Source: an uncultured Lachnospiraceae bacterium (GTDB lineage Bacteria > Bacillota > Clostridia > Lachnospirales > Lachnospiraceae). From it: a DNA stretch of 64,000 nt. This document shows, one piece after another, positions 53,753 through 63,817 of the stretch (the first letter of the stretch is position 1; each line of letters opens with the position of its first letter). The translations under genes were made by a program, and so were the position numbers. Below the pieces are notes generated by a model. The model did not search any database. It saw only the letters and a list, made by a program, of their open reading frames with translations, and was not told the DNA's origin. The stretch covers positions 1,841-65,840 of the forward strand of contig CACXUY010000014.1 in the NCBI GenBank assembly GCA_902770965.1. Direction: 5' to 3'.

Positions 53753-54934
53753 ATGAAAAAGAAAATGTTGTCACTTTTGATTTCAGGCATCATGATCTTG
53801 AGCCTGGCAGCCTGCGGGGGTTCCGGCAACGGCTCGTCCAACAACGGCGGCGCGTCACCGTCTACGGGCAAAGAGGGAAATGCCGGCGAGACGACAACCA
53901 AGTCGGATTCCGGCGAGGAAGCTTCCGCGGACGGTCTCGACGCGCTGATCGAAGCGGCCAAGGCAGAGGGAGAGCTGGTCGTTTACGGCTCCTGTGAAGA
54001 GGATTATCTTGCCGCCGCCTGTGAGAATTTTGAGAAGACCTACGGCATCAAGGTTCAGTATCAGAGATTGTCCACCGGAGAAGTTCAGGGCAAGATCGAC
54101 GAGGAGAACGGCAACCCCTCGGCTGACGTATGGTTCGGCGGAACGACCGACCCCTACAACGAAGCCGCTTCGGCAGGTCTGCTCGAGCCCTACGAGGCGA
54201 TCAACGCGTCGCATTTGATCAACGACCAGTACAGAGATGCCGATGGCAACTGGTACGGCATCTACAAGGGCATCCTTGGCTTCATGGTGAACACAGACGA
54301 GCTGGAGAGAAAGGGGCTGGATGCTCCCAAGGATTGGGCAGACTTGCTCGATGAGAAGTACAAAGGCCTTATCTGGCTGTCAAACTACAATACAGCCGGT
54401 ACCGCGAAGCTCGTCGTAAACACCATGATTCAGAAGATGGGTCACGATGAGGGCATACAGTACCTGGTCGACCTTGACAAAAACATCGAAGTTTACACTA
54501 AGTCTGGCTCGGGTCCTTCCAAGAATATCGGAACCGGCGAGTGCACTATCGGAATCGGCTTCCTGCACGATGGCATCACCCAGATTGTTGACAATGGATA
54601 TGGCAACATTTCCCTGATCATCCCTTCGAGCGGCACCTCCTTTGAGGTCGGCGCGACGGCTATCTTCAAGGGATGCAAGCATCCCAATGCTGCCAAGCTG
54701 TGGGTGGAATACGCCCTGTCTCCTGAATGCGTGGAGCTCGCCGCCGAGAACGGCTCATACCAGTTCCTGGTCATCGACAACGCCAAGCAGCCTGAAGTGG
54801 CGGATGAGTTCGGCCTTGATCCCGACAACGTGATGGAATATGATTTTGAAGATGCCAAGCAGAACACCTCCAAGTATGTCGAGGACGTGATGCAGGCGCT
54901 TCATGGCGGAGACGACCGCTTCAAGACGGAGTAA
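53753..54934 (+). CDS. ABC transporter substrate-binding lipoprotein (Fe(III)/polyamine SBP family)
   Basis: Lipobox LSLAACGGS, a Gly/Ser linker and the family-1 SBP pattern (VVYGSCEEDY, VWFGGT). Confidence 0.75.
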   Translation: MKKKMLSLLISGIMILSLAACGGSGNGSSNNGGASPSTGKEGNAGETTTKSDSGEEASADGLDALIEAAKAEGELVVYGSCEEDYLAAACENFEKTYGIKVQYQRLSTGEVQGKIDEENGNPSADVWFGGTTDPYNEAASAGLLEPYEAINASHLINDQYRDADGNWYGIYKGILGFMVNTDELERKGLDAPKDWADLLDEKYKGLIWLSNYNTAGTAKLVVNTMIQKMGHDEGIQYLVDLDKNIEVYTKSGSGPSKNIGTGECTIGIGFLHDGITQIVDNGYGNISLIIPSSGTSFEVGATAIFKGCKHPNAAKLWVEYALSPECVELAAENGSYQFLVIDNAKQPEVADEFGLDPDNVMEYDFEDAKQNTSKYVEDVMQALHGGDDRFKTE

Positions 54935-54939
54935 ACCTA

Positions 54940-54997
54940 CATGCCAAGTTTGGCACAACCATACTTTATAAGTCATCGCGTGGCTCCGCGCTTCGCA
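54940..54997 (+). repeat. dispersed repeat family 2, copy 2
   Basis: CATGCCAAGTTTGGCACAACCATACTTTATAAGTCATCGCGTGGCTCCGCGCTTCGCA. It contains the palindrome TGCCAAGTTTGGCA. Confidence 0.8.
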
Positions 54998-55116
54998 CTC
55001 CCGCCACGCTAACCGGTATTCGCACTTTTCGCCCCCATGGGCAAGAGGACAGATCGTCCCTGTCCATGGGGCTTCTTCTATGTTTCGACATCATTTTTAT
55101 ATCGAGGTTCAAACAT

Positions 55117-56823
55117 ATGGCAAAATCTCAAAGTACGGAATTGGATCGCAAGAAGTTTTTCGCGGATCCGATCATGGTCACTACCATCGCGGTGCTGATC
55201 GCGTTTTTGACTGTATTTATTCTTTATCCGCTTGCGATTCTGCTGGTAGACAGCTTCATGGGCGATGACGGACCGACCATGTCCATATTCGCCAGGGTCA
55301 TGGCCATGCCGAACTTCCGAAGGGCGATTACGAACACTCTCAAGGTCGGCTTCCTGACAGGAATCGCCTCCTCTCTCATCGGTCTGCTCTTCGCTTATGT
55401 TGAGGTGTACGTGAAGCTGCGTACCCGCCTGATGAGTGGGCTTTTTCAGGTGGTCTCCATGCTGCCGGTGGTCTCGCCGCCCTTCGTCCTGTCTCTTTCG
55501 ATGATAATGCTCTTCGGCAAGTCGGGAATCATCACGCGTTTCCTTCTGGGGATCTATGATAACAGCGTGTATGGATTCTGGGGCATTGCCATCGTACAGA
55601 CGCTCACGTTCTTCCCTGTGTGCTATATGATGCTCAAGGGACTTTTGAAAAATATCGATCCTTCCTTGGAAGAAGCAGCGAGAGACATGGGAGCGTCCAG
55701 GTTCAAGGTTTTTACTACCGTGACGCTGCCGCTGATCCTTCCGGGCCTTGGAAATGCGTTCCTGGTCACTTTCATCGAATCCATCGCTGATTTTGCTAAC
55801 CCGATGATTATCGGCGGTTCCTACGACACTCTCGCGACCACTATATATCTGCAGATCACCGGCGCTTATGACAAAGAAGGCGCGTCAGCCATGGCCGTCG
55901 TCCTGCTGTGCATCACATTGGTGATGTTTATGGTGCAGAAATACTGGCTGGAAGCAAAGAGCACGGCTACTTTGTCCGGCAAGGCGAGCCGGATGAGGAT
56001 GCTCATCGAGGATAAGTCCGTCACCATTCCATTGACGGTGCTGTGCAGTCTCTTTGCCATCTTTGTCATCGGCATGTATGTCTGCGTTCCTTTCGGAGCT
56101 CTTTTCAGGACCTGGGGCTACGATTTTCATCTGACCTTCAAATGGTTCGGGCAGGTGTTTAAACGGTACAAGGGGCTGAAGGCTTTCAAGGATTCCTTCC
56201 TGCTGTCCTTCATTTCCGCTCCGATAACCGCGCTGCTTTCAATGATCATATCGTATCTGGTCGTGAAGAGAAATTTCCGCGGTAAGGGCTTCATCGAGTT
56301 CGTTTCCATGCTGGCGATGGCGGTTCCCGGCACAGTCCTTGGTATAGGTTATATCCGCGGCTTCTCGGCCGGCGTTTTCCGCACCGGCTTCCTGCAGGGA
56401 CTATACGGAACCGGGGCTATTCTCGTGATCGTCTTTGTCGTGAGGAGTCTGCCGACCGGCACCCGTTCGGGAATCTCAGCCTTGCGCCAGATCGACAAAT
56501 CAATCGAGGAGTCGGCATATGATATGGGCGCGGACAGCTTTACGGTTTTCATGACGGTCACTCTTCCACTGATAAAGGACAGCTTCCTCAGCGGTCTCGT
56601 GACTGCCTTTGTGAGAAGCATAACCGCCATTTCCGCGATCATCCTGCTGGTCACGCCTCAGTACCTGCTGATCACCGTGCAGATCAACGAATTTGCCGAA
56701 AAAGGTTCATACGGAATCGCATGCGCGTTCGCGACGATACTGATACTCATCACCTACGGCGCGGTCTTGCTGATGAACCTTTTCATCAAATTCTTCGGAA
56801 CAAGCCGATACTCTGAGGGCTGA
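55117..56823 (+). CDS. ABC transporter permease with two fused permease domains (FbpB/Fe(III)-type)
   Basis: About 12 TM helices and two EAA-like loops (EEAARDMGASRFKVF; EESAYDMGADSFTVF). Confidence 0.8.
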   Translation: MAKSQSTELDRKKFFADPIMVTTIAVLIAFLTVFILYPLAILLVDSFMGDDGPTMSIFARVMAMPNFRRAITNTLKVGFLTGIASSLIGLLFAYVEVYVKLRTRLMSGLFQVVSMLPVVSPPFVLSLSMIMLFGKSGIITRFLLGIYDNSVYGFWGIAIVQTLTFFPVCYMMLKGLLKNIDPSLEEAARDMGASRFKVFTTVTLPLILPGLGNAFLVTFIESIADFANPMIIGGSYDTLATTIYLQITGAYDKEGASAMAVVLLCITLVMFMVQKYWLEAKSTATLSGKASRMRMLIEDKSVTIPLTVLCSLFAIFVIGMYVCVPFGALFRTWGYDFHLTFKWFGQVFKRYKGLKAFKDSFLLSFISAPITALLSMIISYLVVKRNFRGKGFIEFVSMLAMAVPGTVLGIGYIRGFSAGVFRTGFLQGLYGTGAILVIVFVVRSLPTGTRSGISALRQIDKSIEESAYDMGADSFTVFMTVTLPLIKDSFLSGLVTAFVRSITAISAIILLVTPQYLLITVQINEFAEKGSYGIACAFATILILITYGAVLLMNLFIKFFGTSRYSEG

Positions 56824-56830
56824 CATTATA

Positions 56831-56990
56831 TGAAGGATGGCTATCTTTGAAGGCTGGTCATCTATGAAGGCTGGCCATCTATAGAAATTTGATCATCTAT
56901 GGCAGCTGGCCATCTATAGAAATTTTGTCATCTATGAAGGCTGGCCATCTATAGAAATCTGCTCATCTATGAGGACTGATTATCTATGAT
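56831..56990. repeat. complex tandem repeat (~35-bp units built on CATCTAT cores) between permease and ATPase genes
   Basis: AAGGCTGGCCATCTATAGAAATTTGATCATCTATG-like units occur three times, with partial units on both sides. Confidence 0.85.
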
Positions 56991-57149
56991 GCTGTTCAGA
57001 ATGTTGATCGTTATTGAAGGATGATCAGGCCAGGAAGGTCGCAGAAGCACTGATAATTGCGCGTAAAACACTGTCAGAAGGGGAGCTGCGGTCATATCAG
57101 TAACGCTGTTCCCAGAGAGCGACTATTATTAAGAAAGAAGGAAAACGGA

Positions 57150-58223
57150 ATGGCAAAGGAAAAGAAAGGGATACGTCTGGAACACATTTCCAAGATATAT
57201 AAAGATCCGAAGACAAAACAGGATTTTTACGCGGTTCATGATGTGAGCCTGAATATTGAGCCGGGAAGCTTCGCGACGCTGCTCGGGCCTTCGGGCTGCG
57301 GAAAGACTACCATACTTCGCATGATAGCGGGCTTCGAGTCTCCGGACGAAGGTGAGATCTATCTGGGTGATGAGGCGATCAACGCCCTTACCCCAAACAA
57401 GCGTGACACGGCAATGGTCTTCCAAAGCTATGCCTTGCTCCCGCACTACAATATTTTCGATAATGTCTCCTATGGCCTGAAGCTTCGGAAAATGGACAAG
57501 GAGACCATCAAGAAGAAGGTCACTGATATCCTGGGTCTTGTCGGACTTGAAGGCATGGAGGCCCGTATGACGAACCAGCTTTCGGGCGGCCAGCAGCAGC
57601 GAGTGGCTCTGGCTCGCGCTCTGGTACTCGAACCCGGAGTGCTGCTCTTCGATGAGCCTCTGTCAAATCTGGACGCGAAGCTCCGCGTCACCATGCGCAC
57701 GGAGATCCGCCGCATCCAGCAGGAGGCCGGAATCACGGCGGTTTATGTCACACACGACCAATCAGAGGCCATGGCGATATCCGACAAGGTCATAATCATG
57801 GAAAAGGGCGTAATGGCCCAGATGGGCACTCCGCAGGAGATTTATTATCATCCCAACAGTGAGTTCGTCGCGGATTTCATAGGCGAGGCGAATTTCCTGA
57901 AAGGAAAACTCAAGTCTGTCTCCGGAGGAGTCGGACATTTTGATATCGCCGGCGGATCGGCGGACATACAGGCAGACGGTCATGCGGCGGGCGGCGAATA
58001 CACCCTGGTGCTTCGTCCTGAAGCGGCAGTGGTGGCTGACTCAGGGCAGCTTCCCTGCAAGGTGGTGCTCAGCTGCTTCATGGGCTCTTACCAGAACTAC
58101 CATGTCATGGTTGGCGATGCCCTCGTGCGCATTACGGATTTCAACCCCAAGAACAAGAAGATCTACAAGGAAGGTGATCAGGCGTTCGTGAAATTCGACC
58201 CCTCTTCGGTGCATATCCTGTAA
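57150..58223 (+). CDS. ABC transporter ATP-binding protein (PotA/FbpC-type with C-terminal TOBE-like domain)
   Basis: [24 protein letters not shown] and LLFDEPLSNLD. The start is ATG 57150 (MAKEKKGIRLEHIS). Confidence 0.9.
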   Translation: MAKEKKGIRLEHISKIYKDPKTKQDFYAVHDVSLNIEPGSFATLLGPSGCGKTTILRMIAGFESPDEGEIYLGDEAINALTPNKRDTAMVFQSYALLPHYNIFDNVSYGLKLRKMDKETIKKKVTDILGLVGLEGMEARMTNQLSGGQQQRVALARALVLEPGVLLFDEPLSNLDAKLRVTMRTEIRRIQQEAGITAVYVTHDQSEAMAISDKVIIMEKGVMAQMGTPQEIYYHPNSEFVADFIGEANFLKGKLKSVSGGVGHFDIAGGSADIQADGHAAGGEYTLVLRPEAAVVADSGQLPCKVVLSCFMGSYQNYHVMVGDALVRITDFNPKNKKIYKEGDQAFVKFDPSSVHIL

Positions 58224-58428
58224 ACCTGTAAACCGGTATTCCTGCATGCGGCCATTAACCGAAACGCGTCAGGCGGATGAAGGCAGAGACAGAGATAAGG
58301 ATACAATAAGGATAAAGCCTGTCGCGGTATTCGGAGAGTGGCAGCATACATGCGTGTATGAATGCATCCCTATATGGCCACCCGCTTCGCAGGGGACCGA
58401 CTTTCAATGTAATGAGAGGAGAACGGAT

Positions 58429-59310
58429 ATGAGGATTCCAGACATAATGAAGAGAAGGATGAGCTTTTCCTTTGAAGTATTTCCTCCGAAGGAAGACAAG
58501 CCTCTTGAACCGCTTCTCGCAGCTCTCGAGGAGCTGTATAAGTTCAATCCGGATTTTATCAGCTGCACCTACGGAGCGGGAGGCACGAATGTAGGACGGA
58601 ATCTGGAGGTCCTGCGTTCCATCAAAAACAGAGGCGAGACGATACCTGTCACCCATTTTACCTGCGTGGGCAACAGCCGTGAAGATATTCGACGCCAGCT
58701 CGATGAGTATCTTTCTATCGGGGTCGATCATCTGTTGGCTCTTAGGGGTGACCTTCCGGCAAATAATATGGGGACAGGCGGCGATTTCTCCTATGCGAAC
58801 GAGCTCATCGCCTTTATTCGCGCCCATTACGGAGACCGCTTCGCCATAGCCATAGGAGCTTATCCGGAGAAACACGTAGAGGCGAAAAACCTGGCGGAGG
58901 ATATCGCCCATCTTCGCATCAAGCAGGACGCGGGAGCTGATTTCATTATGACACAGCTTTGCTTTGACACCGAGGGCTTCAAGAGGTGGATGGACCGCAT
59001 CCGCCGGGCCGGTGTCCGAATACCCGTGAATGCTGGAGTTATGCCGGTCACAAACAAGGATTCGGTGATACGTATGGCGCTGTCGAGAAACGGCTGCTCC
59101 ATCCCGAGGCATCTTGCCGAGATCATCAGCCGCTATTGGGACGATCCTGTGGGCTTCAGGGAAGCAGGAATCGAGTACACCGTCAGGCAGATCGGAGAGC
59201 TCATCTGCGAGGGCATCGATGGACTCCATATCTATGCATTGAACCGCCATGAGACGATAGAAGAGATCGTGCGCAAGTCGGGCATACAGGCCAATCCCAA
59301 AGGACTGTGA
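58429..59310 (+). CDS. metF: methylenetetrahydrofolate reductase
   Basis: FSFEVFPPK, CTYGAGG and ~293 aa. ATG 58429 follows GAGGAG. Confidence 0.85.
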   Translation: MRIPDIMKRRMSFSFEVFPPKEDKPLEPLLAALEELYKFNPDFISCTYGAGGTNVGRNLEVLRSIKNRGETIPVTHFTCVGNSREDIRRQLDEYLSIGVDHLLALRGDLPANNMGTGGDFSYANELIAFIRAHYGDRFAIAIGAYPEKHVEAKNLAEDIAHLRIKQDAGADFIMTQLCFDTEGFKRWMDRIRRAGVRIPVNAGVMPVTNKDSVIRMALSRNGCSIPRHLAEIISRYWDDPVGFREAGIEYTVRQIGELICEGIDGLHIYALNRHETIEEIVRKSGIQANPKGL

Positions 59311-59346
59311 AGCTTGTTTTATTATCAGTGAGGGAGAAACAGTATC

Positions 59347-60240
59347 ATGGAGAAAGAAAACCTACATGCCGGGACGCTGCTGATCATTCTTGCCGGGTGC
59401 TTTTGGGGGAGCATGGGTATATTCGTCAGAAGGCTTGGCACCTTCGGCTTTACATCTATCCAGATAGTGGCTATCCGCGTCACTTTGGCTGCCTTGGTCT
59501 TTTGTGTGCTGATGCTCATCAAGGATCGTTCGGGCTGTGGGATCTCGGTACGCGACATTCCGCTGTATTTGGGGCTGGGCTTCGGAAGCATCCTCTTCTT
59601 CACGGTATGTTATTTTACCGCGATCAGGCTCATGCCGCTGTCCACGGCGGCTATCCTTCTCTATACCTCCCCTATCTGGATAATGCTTATGTCGATGCTT
59701 TTCTTCCATGAGAAAATGAATCGTAAAAAGCTGGGGGCTCTTGCGCTTGCCTTCGCCGGCTGCGTCCTGGTCTCCGGAATTTCAGGGGAAGGTATACCTC
59801 TGAGAGGATTGCTTGTCGGGCTCGGCTCAGGAATCGGTTATGGGCTATACAGTATTCTGGGGACGGTAGCCCTTCGTAAGTATTCCCCCTACACTGTCAC
59901 TGCCTACACCTTTCTTTTCGCGGCAGTCGGAGCATGCCTGATCTGTGATCCGATGGATTTGATGAGAAAATGTGCCGCCGCGCCGGATCACGCGGCATTG
60001 TTCCTGCTCTGCTGCATGACAGCTTTAGTAACCGCCGTGGTTCCGTTTCTCGCATATACGATAGGTCTTCGCACCGTGGAAGCCAGCAGGGCGGGAATCC
60101 TCGCGACTATTGAGCCGATGGTGGCTGCTTTGATAGGGATACTGGTCTTTTCTGAGCAGCTGACTGTCCTCTCGGGACTCGGTATACTTATGATTCTCGC
60201 CGCAGTGATACTATTGAATTCACATTGTACAGATAACTGA
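59347..60240 (+). CDS. DMT-superfamily (EamA-type) transporter
   Basis: Ten TM helices in a two-EamA-repeat layout. Confidence 0.75.
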   Translation: MEKENLHAGTLLIILAGCFWGSMGIFVRRLGTFGFTSIQIVAIRVTLAALVFCVLMLIKDRSGCGISVRDIPLYLGLGFGSILFFTVCYFTAIRLMPLSTAAILLYTSPIWIMLMSMLFFHEKMNRKKLGALALAFAGCVLVSGISGEGIPLRGLLVGLGSGIGYGLYSILGTVALRKYSPYTVTAYTFLFAAVGACLICDPMDLMRKCAAAPDHAALFLLCCMTALVTAVVPFLAYTIGLRTVEASRAGILATIEPMVAALIGILVFSEQLTVLSGLGILMILAAVILLNSHCTDN

Positions 60241-60438
60241 TCGGTTACGGTGTTTTTCCTTATGTTACAGCGAATACAGTCTCCATAATCCATTTACAGG
60301 TTTGCTTGCAGGAGATAGGCCTTCATGTTATACTAAAATAATGCCTGAAGCACCAGCATTCGGTCAGCGTATGATGCGGAAAGACAGAAGAAGTTTTTCC
60401 GGGACTTATGCAAGAGGGAAATAGAGGAGAGAAGTGAG

Positions 60439-61731
60439 ATGACTTATAGGGAAGCAATTAATTATATTCACAGCATTGGCTGGCGAGGCAGCAAACCCGG
60501 CCTTACAAGGATTCGTGAACTTCTGTCGAAGCTCGGCAATCCGCAGGACGACCTTAAATTCGTGCATGTGGCGGGGACGAACGGCAAGGGTTCTACCTGT
60601 GCCATGATCGAATCAATACTTCGCGCGGCGGGATACCACACGGGGCTTTTTATTTCACCTTACGTCTATTGCTTCAATGAGAGGATACAGGTAGACGGAC
60701 AGGAGATAGGCGATGAGGAGCTTGCGGAACTGGTTGATGTGATCAAGCCGATAGCGGAAGCAATGGAGGATCTGCCCACGCAGTTTGAACTCATCACCGC
60801 TGCCGGTATGCTTTATTATAAGAAGAAACACTGCGATATCGTAGTTCTTGAGGTGGGGCTTGGCGGCGAGCTTGACTCCACGAACGTGATCCGCACTCCT
60901 GAAGTCGCGGTCATCACCTCGATCGGACTTGATCACACTGCCATACTCGGTACATCTGTTATTGAGATAGCCATGGCCAAAGCCGGCATCATGAAGGAAG
61001 GGGGCAGTGTCGCCATCTGCGGCCGCAACCGCGAGGCCATGCTTGTCTTCCAGATGAAGGCTGAAAAAGTCGGTGCCAATATTTACAGACCCAGATATGA
61101 TTCGATAGAATTCAAGACACGCACCGATGAGAAGCAGGTTTTCTCATATGCCTCTTATGATGACCTGGAGCTTCCACTCGCCGGAACGTATCAGTTGGAC
61201 AATGCCGCGCTGGCTATCACCGTGGCTCAGATCCTTCAGGAGAAGGGGTGGGATATTCCCGAAGAGGCGGTGCGCAAGGGTCTTGCCAATGTGAGGTGGC
61301 CCGGACGTTTTGATATAATTCACCGGGAACCCACAGTGCTCATAGATGGTTCGCACAACCCTCAGGCCATCCGCGTCACGATGGACACGCTGAGATCTGT
61401 CTATGGAGACAAGAAGATAATATTTGTCACGGGTGTTTTTGCTGACAAGGATTACCGAACGATGATGACGGAGCTTACGCCTCTCGCGAAGTTTTTCGTC
61501 GCTACTCAGCCTGTCGGAGAGAGGGGCCTTGACGCGGAGACACTCGCGCATACAGTGGAATTCATGGGCAGAATGCCGGTCAAGGTTGAGCCTGTAATCG
61601 CGGATGCTTGCGCATACGCGTGGGAGAATGCGGACAAGGACGATGTTATCTGTGTGATAGGCTCGTTCTCCTTGGTCGCTCCTGCGAGAGAGGCGTTCGA
61701 GAAGCTGTTTGCTGCCGAAAAAGCTGATTGA
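60439..61731 (+). CDS. folC: folylpolyglutamate synthase / dihydrofolate synthase
   Basis: HVAGTNGKGST, LEVGLGG and IDGSHNPQA. Confidence 0.9.
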   Translation: MTYREAINYIHSIGWRGSKPGLTRIRELLSKLGNPQDDLKFVHVAGTNGKGSTCAMIESILRAAGYHTGLFISPYVYCFNERIQVDGQEIGDEELAELVDVIKPIAEAMEDLPTQFELITAAGMLYYKKKHCDIVVLEVGLGGELDSTNVIRTPEVAVITSIGLDHTAILGTSVIEIAMAKAGIMKEGGSVAICGRNREAMLVFQMKAEKVGANIYRPRYDSIEFKTRTDEKQVFSYASYDDLELPLAGTYQLDNAALAITVAQILQEKGWDIPEEAVRKGLANVRWPGRFDIIHREPTVLIDGSHNPQAIRVTMDTLRSVYGDKKIIFVTGVFADKDYRTMMTELTPLAKFFVATQPVGERGLDAETLAHTVEFMGRMPVKVEPVIADACAYAWENADKDDVICVIGSFSLVAPAREAFEKLFAAEKAD

Positions 61732-61942
61732 ACTTGAAGGACTGCTCGCGTATATTAGCTGATTATATCAGGAATCAGATCGGAACAAAGCTGCCGTATG
61801 AGGGAGCAGCAGACCGGAGCTAAGACGGCTGCTGAATGGAGCAATGCTTATTGAGGTTGGAGCAGCTGTCTGAAATCGCCGGCATTTTATGCCATGTGGT
61901 TTTGACAGGCGGCAGGTTGTCATTTTGACCGGGAGGAAATGT

Positions 61943-62926
61943 ATGAAGCCGGTTCTGTACATAGTCGTGCCTTGTTATAACGAGCAGGAGGTTCTGCCGA
62001 TGACCAGCAGGCTTTTTCTCGATAAACTCTTGCAGCTGGAAGCTTGCGGCAAGATAAGCGGAGAGAGCCGGGTGCTTTTCGTCAATGACGGGTCAAAGGA
62101 CGGCACGTGGGATATCATTTGCCGCTTGGCGGAGGAAGACCGGCACTTCCTGGGGATAGCGCAGAGCAGAAACCGCGGTCATCAGAACGCGGTGCTCGCA
62201 GGGCTTATGGAGGCAAAGGATCGCTGCGACATCACTATCTCTATAGATTGCGATGGTCAGGACGATATCAACGCCATGGACAAGATGGTGGATGCCTATC
62301 TGGATGGCTGCGAGGTGGTCTATGGAGTCAGGTCAAAACGCGACACGGACACGTTTTTTAAACGCTTCACGGCGGAAGCCTTCTATAAGCTGCTCAACAG
62401 AATGGGGGCGGAGGTCGTTTTCAACCACGCGGACTACAGGCTGATGAGTTCAAGAGTCCTGCAGGAATTAGCCGGTTTCAAAGAAGTGAATCTCTTCCTT
62501 CGCGGTATGGTTCCGCTGGTTGGCTTCAAGAGTACGGCGGTAAGCTATGAGCGCCGGGAGCGCATCGCCGGAGAAAGCCATTATCCCTTTTCCAAGATGC
62601 TGGGGCTGGCTATTGATGGCATCACAAGCATGTCAGTGCGCCCTTTGCGAATGATCATCAGCTTTGGCTTCCTCGTTGCTATCCTGAGCTTTATCGGCGT
62701 CATTTGGGCGCTTTTTCAGAGGCTCATCGGAGGCACAGCGTGGGGCTGGGCGAGCATGACCTGTATCATTTGTTTTGTGTCGGGCGTGCAGCTTATAAGC
62801 CTCGGCGTGATAGGCGAGTACATAGGGAAGATATATATGGAGACCAAACACCGGCCTCGATATATCATCAGTGAGAGAACCTGGGAGAAGATGAACCGGG
62901 GAGAAGATGAACCGGGGAGAAGATGA
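61943..62926 (+). CDS. GT2 polyprenyl-phosphate glycosyltransferase (GtrB/CsbB-like)
   Basis: IVVPCYNE, NDGSKD, DCDGQDD and two C-terminal TM helices. ATG 61943 follows GGGAGG. The C-terminal tail is encoded by a tandem repeat. Confidence 0.85.
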   Translation: MKPVLYIVVPCYNEQEVLPMTSRLFLDKLLQLEACGKISGESRVLFVNDGSKDGTWDIICRLAEEDRHFLGIAQSRNRGHQNAVLAGLMEAKDRCDITISIDCDGQDDINAMDKMVDAYLDGCEVVYGVRSKRDTDTFFKRFTAEAFYKLLNRMGAEVVFNHADYRLMSSRVLQELAGFKEVNLFLRGMVPLVGFKSTAVSYERRERIAGESHYPFSKMLGLAIDGITSMSVRPLRMIISFGFLVAILSFIGVIWALFQRLIGGTAWGWASMTCIICFVSGVQLISLGVIGEYIGKIYMETKHRPRYIISERTWEKMNRGEDEPGRR

Positions 62927-62940
62927 ACCGGGCGGAAGAT
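62887..62940 (+). repeat. 3.4 x 16-bp tandem repeat (GAAGATGAACCGGGGA) spanning the GT2 stop codon
   Basis: Units start at 62887, 62903 and 62919, with a partial unit at 62935. The unit length is not a multiple of 3. Confidence 0.9.
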
Positions 62941-62974
62941 AGCCGTGTGGAATAATATCATGTGCCGGATGATC

Positions 62975-63105
62975 AGACAGCAGATGCTAAGGCGATGAGT
63001 GCTCGTGCGGCAGATGGCCGTGCGGAGGATTGTCAGCCAGATGTTCGGGCAACAGATGCACAGACGGCAGATGTTCGCGCGGCAGATGCTCGGGCGGAAG
63101 TGTGA
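62975..63105 (+). repeat. degenerate ~15-18-bp repeats built on GGCAGATG(C/T)TCG
   Basis: CAGATG recurs about 7 times at a roughly regular spacing upstream of the cyclohydrolase-family gene. Confidence 0.7.
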
Positions 63106-63145
63106 ATCTGGAGCAGGTGACAGAAGGCAGAGGAGGAAGCAGAAA

Positions 63146-63817
63146 ATGGTATGGGTTGATAACGCATCAAAGAAAGCTACGGATTTTATTGATCATTCCT
63201 GTGCCGCCTTCACTGAAGCGCTGGCATCGAAAGCACCGGTCCCGGGCGGCGGAGGCGCGTCGTCGCTGGTAGCCGCAATAGGGATAGCCTTGGGCAGCAT
63301 GGTCGGAAGCCTTACTCTGGGCAAGAAGAAATACGCTGATGTCCAGAACGATATAGAGGTGTTGATGGGTGAGGCGGAAGAGCTGAGGAAGGCTTTCCTG
63401 AATTTGGTCGGTCGCGATGCCGAGGTCTTCGAACCCCTTTCGAGAGCTTATGCTCTGCCAAAGGATACAGAAGAGCAGCTGGCTGAGAGAGACAGGGTCA
63501 TGGAAGAAGCCTTGGCGGATGCATGCCTTGTGCCGCTTGAGATCATGGAGAAATGCTGCCGCGCGATAGAGGTCATAGCCGGTTTTGCTCAAAAGGGTTC
63601 TGCGATAGCTATCAGCGATGCGGGAGTCGCCGCAGCCTGCTGCCGCGGGGCGCTTGAAGGCGCGAGCCTGAATGTTTTTATCAACACCAAGGCGATGAAG
63701 AACCGCGAGACCGCGGAATCATTTAACGAGAGAGCAGACGCTATGCTGGATAAATATGTCCCAATGGCGGAAGAGATATTTATAAATGTTCGAGGCAAAC
63801 TTAAGGAACAAAGATAA
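63146..63817 (+). CDS. cyclodeaminase/cyclohydrolase-family protein (FtcD C-terminal / FchA-like)
   Basis: FTEALASKAPVPGGGGASSLVAAIGIALGSMVGSLT is the family signature. ATG 63146 follows GAGGAGG. The ORF-track N-terminal extension reads through the repeat. Confidence 0.75.
   Translation: MVWVDNASKKATDFIDHSCAAFTEALASKAPVPGGGGASSLVAAIGIALGSMVGSLTLGKKKYADVQNDIEVLMGEAEELRKAFLNLVGRDAEVFEPLSRAYALPKDTEEQLAERDRVMEEALADACLVPLEIMEKCCRAIEVIAGFAQKGSAIAISDAGVAAACCRGALEGASLNVFINTKAMKNRETAESFNERADAMLDKYVPMAEEIFINVRGKLKEQR

Noticed and set aside
54946-54965. Sigma54 promoter inside repeat family 2 (TGGCAC)
   Set aside because: TGGCAC is present, but the required TTGC(A/T) at the -12 position, 5 nt downstream, is absent (AACCATACTTT).
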